Assembly (NCBI GenBank): GCA_973895155.1
Contig: OZ316891.1
Span: 11,406,771 to 11,470,770 of the forward strand
Source: Marsupella aquatica
Lineage: Eukaryota; Plantae; Marchantiophyta
DNA: 64,000 nucleotides
Reading direction: 5' to 3'
Position 1 is the stretch's first letter, and every line of letters starts with the position of its first letter. The translations under genes and the position numbers were made by a program. This document shows positions 39,062 through 51,190 of the stretch, piece after piece. The notes under the pieces were generated by a model that saw nothing but the letters and a program-made list of their open reading frames with translations, was not told the origin of the DNA and ran no database searches.

Positions 39062-39984
39062 AAAAATTGCCTGTAAATTAGGTTTGTCATAGCTCGCATG
39101 TTTGGCTCCAGTAATCTGTACAGAAGAGATTATCACTTCCGAACTGATTTCTACCCCCTGTTGTCAAGGGAATTCGTCTATCCAATTGTGTACAAGCTCT
39201 TATTCGAGGGCAGGCCGCCATATCTCGATCTTTTATACGACACCAATTTAGACAAGCGATGGCTCGCAGCAATTTTTCATTCATACGTTTCAAAATGACC
39301 AAACTATGGGCATGAAATGTTTTCCAACACTTGCACTCGACAGCGTGTCAAGATTGTTCAATAAGTGTCTATTCACATTTTTGTTAGTCTCTACTAAGCT
39401 ACAGACGAGCGTTTTGGAAGTCTTTCCCATCAGCCTAACCCCAGACTCCAAAAGATCTGGTGTTTAAGCTTTTCCTGTGGCGATACAGTTTTAAAGTCAC
39501 CAGCTTTTCGGCTCTCCTTAATCGAAGTTCAAGTTCTGATATTTGACGTTACTATCCACAGCCTAGACCACCATAAGTAAAGGTCAACGATGGGGAGAAG
39601 GATTTATGTTGACGTAGCAACGACATCGAGTAACTACTACACCAATTAACTACCTAGACAAACAGCATGGTTCAATCTTTCTTTGAAATACAACCATCTT
39701 CCACAGAAACCTTCTAAAACAAAAGTACAGAAGTGCAATCCACAACTCTAATTATCTGAAGGTAGTCGGTTTGGCACAAGTTGCCCTATCACTCATCTGA
39801 GAAAAATGGCATTACAAGATAGGATCAGAAACAGTAAGGGTCTTCAATTTCATCTTTCTTCCAACATCATGTAGGGTATTATACTTATTTCTTCGTTTAT
39901 TCGAGTCCCGAACTGTAGATCAATAGGAAGTCCTGCTAAGTCACCATGATGCACCTTCTGTGAAGTGTCACGGGTAATTCTCAA

Positions 39985-40282
39985 TCCAAAAGCCTATCAA
40001 CGAAAATCTTTGTCAAGCTAGTTTACATAACGCTTGGGCCGGCATGCCTTCGGCTACTATCCACAAGTGTTGAGCATTTGCTACAAGGTTGATGGCCCGT
40101 CCCAATAGCGTAATTCACCCAGATGCACCGTCAGCGAGAGTCGTTTGGATTAATGTCATATCCAAAAGCCCATCAACGAGACCGTTGCCACACTACTTTA
40201 CAGAACTCTAGACCCACGTGCCGTCAGCTACTATCCACAGTTATAGAGCTTCGCTACAAGATTGATGGCGCACTCCAATAGC
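39985..40282. repeat. Diverged ~125-bp duplication in the SCAB 3' region
   Basis: TCCAAAAGCC.ATCAACGA...GCTACTATCCACA...GCTACAAG.TTGATGGC...CCAATAGC at 39985-40109 and 40161-40282. Confidence 0.75.
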
Positions 40283-40398
40283 TACGCCTTCCTTTCCCTT
40301 AAGAATCTGGTGGAGATGGTCCAACTCATAGATCAATCTACATTACGCAACTCGTAAGAGCGAAAAAGATGGAAAATCAAACAACTCTGGTATAGATC

Positions 40399-41889
40399 TC
40401 AACCTTCTGATGGCATCACATCATCAGGCCCTCCCAAAAAGATTTTGCTGATTTTGGCGAAATTTCTTGCTAGCAGAATGGCAGCGTTTCGTTCTCTCTC
40501 AGACTCCAGAACCAGCATAAACGTGACACCTTTCCCAACGACCCAGAATAAACCTTGTGCAGCTGAGTCACCACCACCTCTTGCCCCACACAGCTGCATA
40601 GAAGATGAGTATTTTTCCTTGGCCTTCACGCTGTGTGTATTGTGGAGTTTGATGCGAGTCTTGTTCACATCAAGTGTGTGCAGAGATTGCTTCTTCACCA
40701 TCTCCCCATTCTTCAAAACGATTCTCACGTTAAACTGAGCCCCTCCTTTGTTGACAAGAATCTCCACATAATGGTCCAGGCCTGGTGCAGTTTCTATGGG
40801 TCCTGTCGTTTGGACGTCCAGCGTCTTCCCATAGGGAACACTTATTCCAGCCCGTAATTTCCTTCCAACATCAAACGGTTCTGGTGCATACTGAGGTCGA
40901 ATAGCACCTGAAACAATTTCCGTGCCACTGCCATCTGGGGAAAGCCGGTACCATTGAATGCTGCATCGAGACAAATCACAAACTGTGTCATCAAGGGGTT
41001 CAATACTGAGAGTTGTACCCAATTGCTCAAGGCCTGTTAGCCGATACCACTGAAGCCGTCCTCCTTCCTGCTGATGTAGCTTGAGTGCATCCAATTCCTT
41101 CCGTAGCGCTCCACTTTCAGCTGCCCTTTCAACCAGCTGCTGCCTCAAGCTTTTCATTTGATTCTCCATATCCACAGGCTTGCTTGATGCATGCAGCATT
41201 TTTATTATTCGAGCTTCATGAGCTTCTCTCCTGATTTCCTCTAGGTCCATCCCATTCACGGCCCACGTCTGTTTTTGCTCCTGGAAAGCATCTCGTATAT
41301 TGGCAGCTATTTCCCTCACAGCTCCAATCTCCCTCTCTGCTAGTGCATGCGCCTCTTCAATGATATGTCTTGCATCACCTGAGTACTGTTGGACGAGGCG
41401 GAATACCTTTTTTATTTCTGCCCGCTCTTGTACCAGTTCGGCTTCCTGCTGCGTACAAATCACGGACAGCGTTTTCGTGATATTGAGAGCTTCGTCGACA
41501 TCGTTCCTACTGATTCCTGACACTCGCCCCTGTAGATCCTTGAGGAGCCCTGTCAACTTGTTGAATTGAGCGTCTCTATGGAGCAGTTTAGAATCATTCG
41601 GCTTCTCCTGTGCCGTACCCACCCGGGACGACGTCCCTTGGCCCTTGTCAAATTTGCCGGCCGACTCATTCGGCTTCCCCTTGGGCGTGGTAGCCCGGGA
41701 AGGCCCTTGAACCTTGTCGAATTTGCTGGCCAAATCGCGCACCGAGAGTCGGGGCTCGAGACGGGGTCCCGGCGTTTCACTGACTTCCTTACTCGAAGAA
41801 GGGGTGTCAGCAGCGTCGTCTTCATCATCACGTTCACGCCTGAAGTTTGGCGACGCGCTACCTAAAGTGCGAACTGCATCTTTTAGCAT
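40399..41889 (-). CDS. SCAB: Stomatal closure-related actin-binding (SCAB) family protein, intronless CDS, 496 aa
   Basis: LSVRDLASKFDK actin-binding motif, coiled coil (EARIIKMLH..KPVDME), Ig-like region (CSIQWYR...YAPEPFDVG) and PH-like region (QLCGARGGG..AAQ...ESERERNAAILLAR). Confidence 0.9.
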   Translation of the reverse strand: MLKDAVRTLGSASPNFRRERDDEDDAADTPSSSKEVSETPGPRLEPRLSVRDLASKFDKVQGPSRATTPKGKPNESAGKFDKGQGTSSRVGTAQEKPNDSKLLHRDAQFNKLTGLLKDLQGRVSGISRNDVDEALNITKTLSVICTQQEAELVQERAEIKKVFRLVQQYSGDARHIIEEAHALAEREIGAVREIAANIRDAFQEQKQTWAVNGMDLEEIRREAHEARIIKMLHASSKPVDMENQMKSLRQQLVERAAESGALRKELDALKLHQQEGGRLQWYRLTGLEQLGTTLSIEPLDDTVCDLSRCSIQWYRLSPDGSGTEIVSGAIRPQYAPEPFDVGRKLRAGISVPYGKTLDVQTTGPIETAPGLDHYVEILVNKGGAQFNVRIVLKNGEMVKKQSLHTLDVNKTRIKLHNTHSVKAKEKYSSSMQLCGARGGGDSAAQGLFWVVGKGVTFMLVLESERERNAAILLARNFAKISKIFLGGPDDVMPSEG

Positions 41890-42448
41890 CGTTCCTCACC
41901 TCGAAGTAGAACCTGAACAACCTGCCGACCGGTGTGAATTGGACATTCCCGAGCGAAGTGAGAGCTCTCCAGAACACAATTGTTGTCTGTCCGTCCGTCC
42001 GCCGTCCCCGGGCCCTTATCCGCAGAGAGAAATCGCAGGGACAGGGGAAGCAAGCCGCGAGGGATAGATTATGCAGATTCTTAATATGTTATTCAGTTGC
42101 TTGTTCGACCGCGATACCCGAGACTCCCGAATGCCCTAGACACGTTCAAGTGCACTGCAGGAGCCATGACTGCAGAAATTTTAGTACCAATTCAGGTCTC
42201 ACAAATTCGAAGATCACCGAACGCTCGCAAAGCCGTCCACAGAAGGTGTTCGTAGAGCACAGATTTCTCTACCGAGCCTGGGGAAAAACAAATGCTTCAA
42301 CATAGTTGCGAGCCGTCTGAAGTCTTCGTAGAGCCTAAGATTGCTGTGCGGAGCTCCGACAAAATGCATAAACCTAGTTGCGAACGAATTGAACGAATCC
42401 TAAAGGGGCGCTTCCAAACAGTGGGTCAGAGAAGAGGAGAGAGAAACC

Positions 42449-42472
42449 AGAGAGAGAGAGAGAGAGAGAGAG
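42449..42472. repeat. (GA)n microsatellite in the probable SCAB 5' leader
   Basis: Run of GA dinucleotides. Confidence 0.85.
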
Positions 42473-45400
42473 GTAATGAAACTGCAGCGCCTAAAACAAC
42501 GTACTTGTGCCGTCTGTGTGCCCTGATCTTCGAGATGGGGGATTGGGTCCTCGCGTTCCTTCGTCAGTCCGCTCAGACCACTACGCTGAGCTCAAACGCC
42601 TCGATTCTATCAGTGATGAGTCTGTCTAGTCTACAGTCTGTCGTCTGTGGTCTGTCGTCTGCTTTTCAGTTGTTCCTGCTCCAGTTTTTGCGTTTGGATG
42701 ATGACTGTGAAGATCAGTTTACTCAACGGAATGTTACGGTGTAACAAAGCCGCGAGAGTAAAATAATGCCCGGGACAGCTGTCGCGTGAAATGGAAGGCA
42801 CGTTAATTAATACGGAGAATTGAAAGCCTGGATCGACCTCTGCGAAAGAAAGCCCCCATAGACCGAAAGGTTGGTTGGGGGGACTCCGATGGAATACTCA
42901 AACGTGACACAACAAGAGCAAAGTACTCTGGGAAAACTGTAAATAGTGCTATGAGAGTAAGTAATTTGGACATCTCGTAGGGTGTGTTCACAGGTCACAA
43001 AAATCAACGGGGAGTCTTGAGTTCCTTGAATGTAAAGGAACCTAAATAGATAAGAAGAGAAATCTTACACAATGAAATTTATATGTTGTTTTGGTTAGTC
43101 TTTGTCTCATCCTTGTTTTTTTCTATTCTTATTCCAGTTTTCTTTATTTAAAGTCAATGTCATTTTTGGTAGTCTTTATTTAAAGTCAATGTCACTTTTG
43201 GTCATCTTCATTTAAAATTTTGATTTTAAGTAACTTATTTATCAATTTTGTATGTATTGGGAGTTACTGTGGATAGGCTTCACTCTAGACCTAGGCCATT
43301 GACAGTAGACTTCAGTTGATGCTTTTATAGTAAGATTCATTCTAGACCTAGGCCATTGAAAGTAGATTTCAGTTGATGCTTTTATAGTAAGATGTCATGT
43401 GTTTTTTGTATATAGTTCTCGTGGTTGTCTTGATATCATCCATATATGCAACAGTGATATATTTGTAAATCACAAAAATGACAATAAAGTCAAGAGAACA
43501 TATTAGTGACAAAGTACTTAAAAGTTGACAATAGAAAAAGAAGTTTACATAGACCTCTGTCAAGGAAAGCAGCAAAAGGATGGTTGTGGAGACTCAGATG
43601 GACACATTCAAAGCATAGTGGGTAGTCGAACAAGATTAACATAATTCCTTTGCTAAACTGTAACTAGTGCTATGTGAGTAAGTAATGCCCTGGACAGCTG
43701 CTAGAGTGTTTTCACAAGTCACACAACTCAATAGGAGTATTGAAAAACCAGAAAAGGAAGCTTAGATCTACCTCCACCCACGAAGGAAGCCCCATAGAGC
43801 CAAAGATTGGTTGTGAAGGCTCCATGGACACAATTCAAATCAAATGATGATGAAACATTAGTCCAAACTTCACCTGGTCCTTCTGTGGTGACCAAACATT
43901 TCAAATTGTGGATGGAAGGCAGGAAATAAAGATTGTTCACTATAGCCCTCACAGAACTGGGGGTCTACTGGAGCCTCAAGCTCAGAATAGGTTCATGGAT
44001 GGACCATAATGTTTGACTTAGGATTCCGTCGGACCAAACACTTTTCTGAACCAAAAGATAAGAAAGTGTTGTCAAAATAATATGAAAGTCTCAAAATGGT
44101 CCATTCAAAGTGTAAAAATCTATCAGAGCATCATGTCAAATGTTTTTGTCGATGGGAGCTTTGATTTTCATATATACGCTCAAATAAAACATATTAATTT
44201 ATCAATAACACATTTCTGGTAAGAGTCATGAATGTATCCAAGTACTTTATTTCTTTCATTAAAAAGTTGCTATAACCTCAAATGGAATCCCCTTTTGCTC
44301 CCATAGGATTCTTGAGCTCACATTGGATTTCTGGAAGCATCCATTTAACTAGAATGATAAGGATGTAGACCAAACACATTTTACTTGTAATCAAAGATTT
44401 CGGAATCCCATTACAGGGAAAAGGTTAGGGCATAAATCAAGTAGTGGGGAAGAACGCATCTGTACCTTTTGGGATCCCATCCAAGCTTGACTCTAGAATT
44501 ATATATATTGGACAAAATGATCAGTTTGACACCATTTCAAAAACAATTTTAAGAAATGATGAATTTGACGACAATAGCAGCCACAATTTGTCAATTTTCC
44601 AATGTATTGTGGTGAAAAATTCCTAAACCCCAAAAATCCCACGGCCTGCTGGGCACCGACTTCGAGGTCCTTGAGACTCTAACTAGTCCCCAAAAGAAAA
44701 TTTGGTGAATCTACAGTAGGTCATCACAATGAGTCAATAATGTTTCTAAGAACTAACAAAGTGCACTATTTATTAGTCCCACGAACTCTTTAAATAAAAT
44801 AAAACAATGGGAGACAAGGGGTCATTTTGTACTCCTGACGTGAGAGTGCGATTATTGTACTCCCAAACACCACGGAGTATGAACAAAGCAACTGCAACAC
44901 TACTCCACGCAAAAGTACCCCACGCAGGAACCATCATGACTACATTTGTTTTTCAGTACAGTCGGCGCTGGCGGGGTTCAACGAGTAATACTGTTTCAGC
45001 CCCCTCCGTTGTCCCTAACGTTTTGAGGTTCGAACGCAGGACCACTACCATCATTTAATCTTGTACGATCTAATGGCTGTGTAGTCTCCTCTCATAAAAA
45101 GGGGGAGATCTTAACCGTGAGATTTCATATGGTTGATATTTACACCGATCTGGCTTTTAGGTGTAAAATAAAGTTTCTCCTCAGAGGGTCTGCGACATTG
45201 AATATTGGGATGTACCTCCACCCTTGCTAGATAGATTTTTGCAACTCGGATGGATTGCATCTTGATTCTCTTTTGTGCTCATATACTGTATATTATAGGA
45301 TGAGTTAAATGTGACCAAAAATTGAGGACAAACAAATGTGAGTCATCTTTGAAGATTCTCAGGTCTCTCAATTCTAAATGGAATTAGGCTCATTGGAAAT

Positions 45401-47073
45401 ATACTCTCTCAATTCTAAATGGAATTTCACATTAGGCTCATTGGAAAGATACTTTTCAATGGTTTCCTAAGGAACAAATGAAGCAGATTCAAATTGGATA
45501 TCAAGAGAGATACTCACAATGCCAAAGTTAGCCTCTCAAAGAATCAGATTCCATTGGATATCAAGAGAGATACTCTAAATGCTAAAGTTAGCTTCTCAAA
45601 TGAGCAAAGTGTGGACAATGAGTGGACTCATCTCTTGAAGCTCTTAAAGTGCATAGCTGATTCAGTTATTCATTAAATCTAGAGATATCAAAGTGTGGAA
45701 GATACTTAGAAGATCTTTCCAATGATTATTTGGGGAGACTTTTCCCTGGAATGTCATTTGTGGCATTAGTTCAGGGAGACTCTTCCCTGAAATGTCATTT
45801 GTGGCATTTGTACAGTTTGCTGCCCTAGTCACAAAAGTTTGTCTAATCCCCACTTTTGGGTGGATGTTGGTGTAAAAAGCTCTCACTCATGGTGAGTTTC
45901 AAACCCACGACCTTTGCCTTCCCACTTTGCTCGGTTATCGCTACGCCCTCAGCCTACTGATGGAAAATAAGGATCCATTTTTGGTATTTATTTTGATAAT
46001 AAACATCCCGAGCAGCATCATTCCGGCGGGCAACGGGTACAGAGAGTCATTAATGACTTTCCAGGGACCCGTAGCCCTAAATGTTACAAATTTCTTCTAA
46101 GTAGCCCAAGAAGATTCTATTGAGCTGGATATGAAGGGACTTCATGGATACACTAAAGATGGATACAGTAAAGTGTTTTAGAGGGCATTGTGGGATAAAT
46201 CCCCCCCACCACACACACACACAAATGAGAGATTCAGTTCAGGTTTGAGGGGTTCCTATTGCCCATAATGCACCCTTAATGATTTCAAAAAAGGGTGTTA
46301 ATGGTGTCGTGCCAAAACATTTCGGCCCATGAATGGTCGTTTATAGTGGCTGATGGGCGAGTTGTCGCCAGTCAATCATGACTATGTTGACTCAGACAGG
46401 TTGCTTTGTTGGATAGAATGGGGACCCTGGTGACTGGTGATCATCATCATCCGTTCAAGAGGCTTGATGTTTGGGTGGAGCTTGGCTGGTGGCAGCTGGC
46501 CAGGCAACGATGGTGTTTCCGAAGAGTACTTAAGGCTTAGGTTGCGGTTCATTTTGGGGTTCAAGTGACATAAAGGCATAATCAGTTTTGGATAGTTTTG
46601 GATTGGTGTTGACAATAGGGATTGACAATATATAGGGATCACTTGTGAGTGATGGATCAGTGAGCATTGGGTCTCATTAGTTCAGGTGTGAGTGCTAGTG
46701 TGTGGCTAATGGGGTTGCTAGTTAGTTTTGGTGATTGAGAGCTTAAAGAGGACAGTTTTTTGGTCTTTTCTGATCTAAGAGCCACTGGAGAGGTTGAACT
46801 TGACAAGTTAGAGGTAGCGGCCTGCCATAGGGACCAGCGACCAGACCCTTGCAAGCAACTTACTCAGGGGCATTCGATTGTACTTTTCTTGAGGAAACCA
46901 GTTTTATGAAAAGAAAATTGTGAGCTTCAAAACTTGATTGTCATCTGTGCCGATTATTGTGCCGATTATAGTGCCGATTATAGCCAACACCGTGTAAATT
47001 ACCCGAGGAGCCCCTTATTTCTTGCGACAGGGCTCCAGGGGGTTAAATGGTTCATGGGCTAGGTCTATGGAAG

Positions 47074-47311
47074 CGTAAATCCTGTCAGGAGAAGAGGTTA
47101 CCGGTGTGTAACCATTTCTGCAGGGGCCTGCTATAGTCATAATCTGCTCTCCTGAAAACTTGAACCGGTAACCTCTTTCCTGGCAGGAATTACGTACGGT
47201 AATGCAGGGCAGGGCTGGGGGTATAGTCTGTAACCTGCTCCCGGAATATTCAAAGAAGCTTTCCGGCTGCCGCTGGTCAACTTATTTTCATATTCGGGAC
47301 GCAAGGTTACA
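47074..47311. other. Two adjacent imperfect inverted repeats (hairpins) upstream of the BTB-TAZ gene
   Basis: CGTAAATCCTGTCAGGAGAAGAGGTTACCGGT (47074-47105) pairs with ACCGGTAACCTCTTTCCTGGCAGGAATTACG (47164-47194). TGTAACCTGCTCCCGGAATAT (47229-47249) pairs imperfectly with ATATTCGGGACGCAAGGTTACA (47290-47311). Confidence 0.75.
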
Positions 47312-49630
47312 CCCTAGTAACCCTGCGCCCAGACCTACCTGCTTTACCCTATACTTCAAGTGTCTGCCCAGTCATGACTTTAAAACGTTTCTCATCATTC
47401 TCCCCGCCCCGGCCACGACTTTGCCGTGGGCGGTACAGTCCGAACAAATGACGAGGACCGAATATCGAGGGGTCGTAGTATCGCATCAAATCGCCGTCTT
47501 TTGCCGGGCCCGGCGTTTTCTCGAGTGAAATTATACAGGGGAGATTTTCCCGGTCGCTTGGTGTAGACTGGAGGTGCGCTACAGGACAGTACGACGCACG
47601 ACGCATCAAATAGAGTGGATCATCCGGTTGTCAGCATCGCCCCGCCGTCCTCTCTTCCGCTCATGCTTCCTTCATTCGCTCGATTCAGTATCGATTCCTC
47701 TTTTATTCGAGCTTTTCTGTCCATCATGTCGACTAGAACTTACTGCGGCAACAGCAGCTGACCATTACAGTAGTGGTAAAGCTTTGATTTCGTGATTCAT
47801 TGATTCGATGCCTCATTTGTTCGAGCTTCTATCCTTCGAATACATTGGACGAGAACTTGCAGCGGCGGCAGCAGCAGCAGCAGCAGCGGATTGCAACTGA
47901 GGTTTTGCTTTGACCAGGTTTGACGGCCGGCCGGGGCGAGGTGCATTGGATTCCATCATTGATGCGAATTTTTTTGGGTTCGCTTGCGGTTTACGGCGGA
48001 GAGGAAGTCGTGTTGCTTACTCGAGGACGTTGAACCTCGAGCTGTCTGCCGCATCAATCCGAAGACGGCTGATGCAAACAACGCTGGGCCATCCGACCAG
48101 GTTTGAGTCTGTTTGACCACATTCAACGGCGGGCAGCGGCAGCGGGAACTAGAATTACTGGTACTGTGACTCTTACAGCGGCGAGAGAAGCGCCTGGATG
48201 AAATTGGCTGGCGATCCGCTCAAGGAGAGGGAGACGTCGTTTTGGTGTTGGTGTCCTGTTAAAGCGCCGGCGATTTTGTTTTATTGCGGTGCTGTAGATC
48301 GTCTCATTGAGAACGTTTGACCGGACTGTTCCTCGGCTTGATCTGAGGTATGATTTTAGGTGATGTGATGTGATGTGACGATGCTCGACTTTGGCACACA
48401 GGCGTGTTGTTTGCGATGACATTCTTATCGACTTTTTGCTGTGACTTGAGCACGACAAAGGATGGGATTATTGTGGAAATAACAACGGCAGAACTTGTTG
48501 ACTGAAGCTGGTACCGGAATGTTGTCTTCGGTTCACCCTTTGCGAGTTGACCTTCAGTTAATGTGACGAATGAATTCGATTGGTTCGATTAATATCGTTG
48601 GGGAACGACGTTGAAAGATTCAATGGGAGGACTAACTGGAAATGAGGAGCGGTCTGAATTGTGTTGAATTTGAACGTCTTTGATCTGTATCATCCGGTCG
48701 GAGCAAGCCGACTCCAGGTATCGAGCGTGAGGTGAGCTGCTTCGTGAGAGGAACTGGCTGGGCTGGGTAGACGACAGCAGAGTTTCTTTGTAATGTATGA
48801 TTGTTGAGGTTTGTGCAATACCGCTGTGACGGCCAGTTACAGATGAAATGGATATGATGTCTTCAAGACAGTTTTCAATACGTGCAGATGTATTCTTTTG
48901 TTTCAATCAAAATGATTGTATTTCTCTGTCCAACCTAGTTATGCTGTCCAAAATGCAATAAACTAATATTCATAAAGAATGTCAAAAATCGTTGAACACA
49001 TTTTATTTCTCTGTCCAAGCCAGTTTTGCTGTCCAAAATGCAATAATACCTATAAGGAATATTTGTCAATGATACTTCGACTATCGTGAGTGTGCTTGTA
49101 CTGTCGTGATAGGATCCCAATTGGTATGTTTAAGAACCCCTCGCGACTCTCAGTTCTCTGTAACTCCTTCCGAAAATCAGAATCACAGTGTTATACAGGA
49201 TTCTGACATTTCTTATGCTTTTGGAAATAGGTCGGATGAACGGATCGTTCTGGAACTTTTTGTTCTCTCAGTGTTAACAATGGTTACATCGACTGGCTTA
49301 GCTACTCTTACATGTTTGAGTACAAGAAGATTTTTTCGTTCGTGAAAGTCTTCGACTAAGGTGGACATGCCGGCTGTGATGCGAGTTGATATCACAGAAG
49401 GTTAATCCCTTCAATTTGCCGCATGTGTATGACTCGGGAGCTGCACAGAGGTCAGTTGTGTGACATAGTAGAGTTGTGTGACATAGTAGTGCAGTAGAGA
49501 CTTTTAGCCTCCAAGATTGCTCCGCAGGGGAGCTCAGAGCTTAAGAGATCTATGAACGAGGTTGGAGTTTGACCAATCCCGCCCTTAACATGTGAATGTT
49601 AGAGCACACGTTCTCGTCTGTGAACTGGAA

Positions 49631-51190
49631 ATGGCGCAATCAGACACAGGAAGCGTACCTCCTCCTTTTGTCGTTGGCAATCTAAAGAATTCTGCATGCC
49701 GCATTGTTTCGTCCTCCATCGCTCCAGCTGCAAGCGAGCACTCGAATGACGTACTGCAGAAGGAGAGCAGCAGGACTTGGGATTATCCAGAAACTGCAGT
49801 CAAGAATCGAGAAGAAGAGGCGGAGTTGCCCAAGAAGGGGCTCATTGAGGACGGCACGCGCATGAAATACGCTGCAGGTAGCCAGGTGGAAACCGCTGGG
49901 CGTCAGACTACTTTCGACGAGCCTGGAGGTAGCCGAATGGTCTTCAATGGGCGCTCAGATGGCGAACCAGTGCAGAATTGTGGATCTCCCCGTTCACCTC
50001 CCGTCATGGCAAACTATTCTTCAAAATTCTCGGAAGCCGCCATTGTGCCGGGATGTCAACGTCTTTCGCCACCACCACCACCGCCTCCTCTGCCCTATCC
50101 TCCACCTCGTAGCAGTCTGCTGCCCTTCTCTTCTTCCAATGCTCGTAAAGGTTTTAGTTGTATGAGTCGTGGGCAAGTTCGTGTGCCCAAGGAGCACGTG
50201 CATAGATTGGATAGTCTGTTTTTCGAGGGATACAGAGCAGATGTTTCACTCCACACTGAAGATGGCGGTGTAATTGCTGCGCATTCACTAGTCTTGGCGT
50301 CGTCTTCGCCTGTGTTTAGAGCTATTGTGGAGGATGAGGTTTCGTGGCCTTGCAGCATTGCCCTGATGGGGGTCCCCCACAATGCAGCGAAGGTTTTTGT
50401 ACGGTTTCTGTACTCTTCACAATATGGAGAACGAGAGATGGAAGAGTCTGTCATGCAGCTACTGGTTTTGGCCCATACGTATTGTGTACCTTCCTTGAAA
50501 CGCGTATGTACACAGGAATTTGAACAGGGCCTGCTCACAAAGGAAAATGTTGCGGACGTGTTGCAGATGGCGAGATTGTGTGATGCCCCACGTCTCCACT
50601 TGCTCTGTTACAGGATGATAGTTCAGAATGCCTTCAAGGAGGTTGTCCGGACGGAAGGTTGGAGGGTGATGTGTGAATCCAACCCTGAGCTTGAGCAGGA
50701 GCTCGTAGAAGCAGTCATTGAGTCAAACAATAGAAGCCAGGAAAGAGCACGAAAATTGGAAGAGGATAAGATCTATGAGCAGCTGCATGATGCGATGGAA
50801 GCCCTTGTACATATTTGCAGGGACGGATGTAATACTATTGGGCCTCTGGACAAGGCATTAGATCCCAACAAGCAACGAACGTGCAACTATCCTGCTTGTA
50901 GAGGGCTGGAATCATTGGTTCGGCATTTTGCTGGCTGCAAATTAAAGGTCTCTGGAGGATGTGTTCATTGCAAGCGAATGTGGCAGCTTCTTCAATTACA
51001 TTCTCAGAATTGTCAAGAACTCTTCTGCAAAGTCCCGCTCTGTGCACATTTCAAGAAAAAGATGGGACAGCGTCACAGTGAGCGTTATGAATTGTGCTGG
51101 AAAAAAATCAAGAAAGTTGTAACCGCGAGGAAAGCAACTTCTGCCTTCTCCTTAGCTGCTCTGTTGGCTAATTTGGATCGTCTTCCATGA
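49631..51190 (+). CDS. BT: BTB/POZ and TAZ zinc-finger protein (BT1-BT5 family), intronless CDS
   Basis: BTB region (ADVSLHT..IAAHSLVLASSSPVF..FVRFLYSS..LLVLAH..VPSLK), TAZ finger (AMEALVHICRDGC..IGP..GLESLVRHFAGC..GGCVHCKRMWQLLQLHS..CKVPLC) and a basic C-terminal helix. First in-frame ATG is at 49631. Confidence 0.93.
   Translation: MAQSDTGSVPPPFVVGNLKNSACRIVSSSIAPAASEHSNDVLQKESSRTWDYPETAVKNREEEAELPKKGLIEDGTRMKYAAGSQVETAGRQTTFDEPGGSRMVFNGRSDGEPVQNCGSPRSPPVMANYSSKFSEAAIVPGCQRLSPPPPPPPLPYPPPRSSLLPFSSSNARKGFSCMSRGQVRVPKEHVHRLDSLFFEGYRADVSLHTEDGGVIAAHSLVLASSSPVFRAIVEDEVSWPCSIALMGVPHNAAKVFVRFLYSSQYGEREMEESVMQLLVLAHTYCVPSLKRVCTQEFEQGLLTKENVADVLQMARLCDAPRLHLLCYRMIVQNAFKEVVRTEGWRVMCESNPELEQELVEAVIESNNRSQERARKLEEDKIYEQLHDAMEALVHICRDGCNTIGPLDKALDPNKQRTCNYPACRGLESLVRHFAGCKLKVSGGCVHCKRMWQLLQLHSQNCQELFCKVPLCAHFKKKMGQRHSERYELCWKKIKKVVTARKATSAFSLAALLANLDRLP

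Noticed and set aside
45870-45962. tRNA-like sequence on the minus strand (GGTCGTGGGTTTGAAACTCACC followed by a T-run)
   Set aside because: Box B is degenerate, and I could not find a cloverleaf, clear box A or TSD. At most a decayed SINE head.
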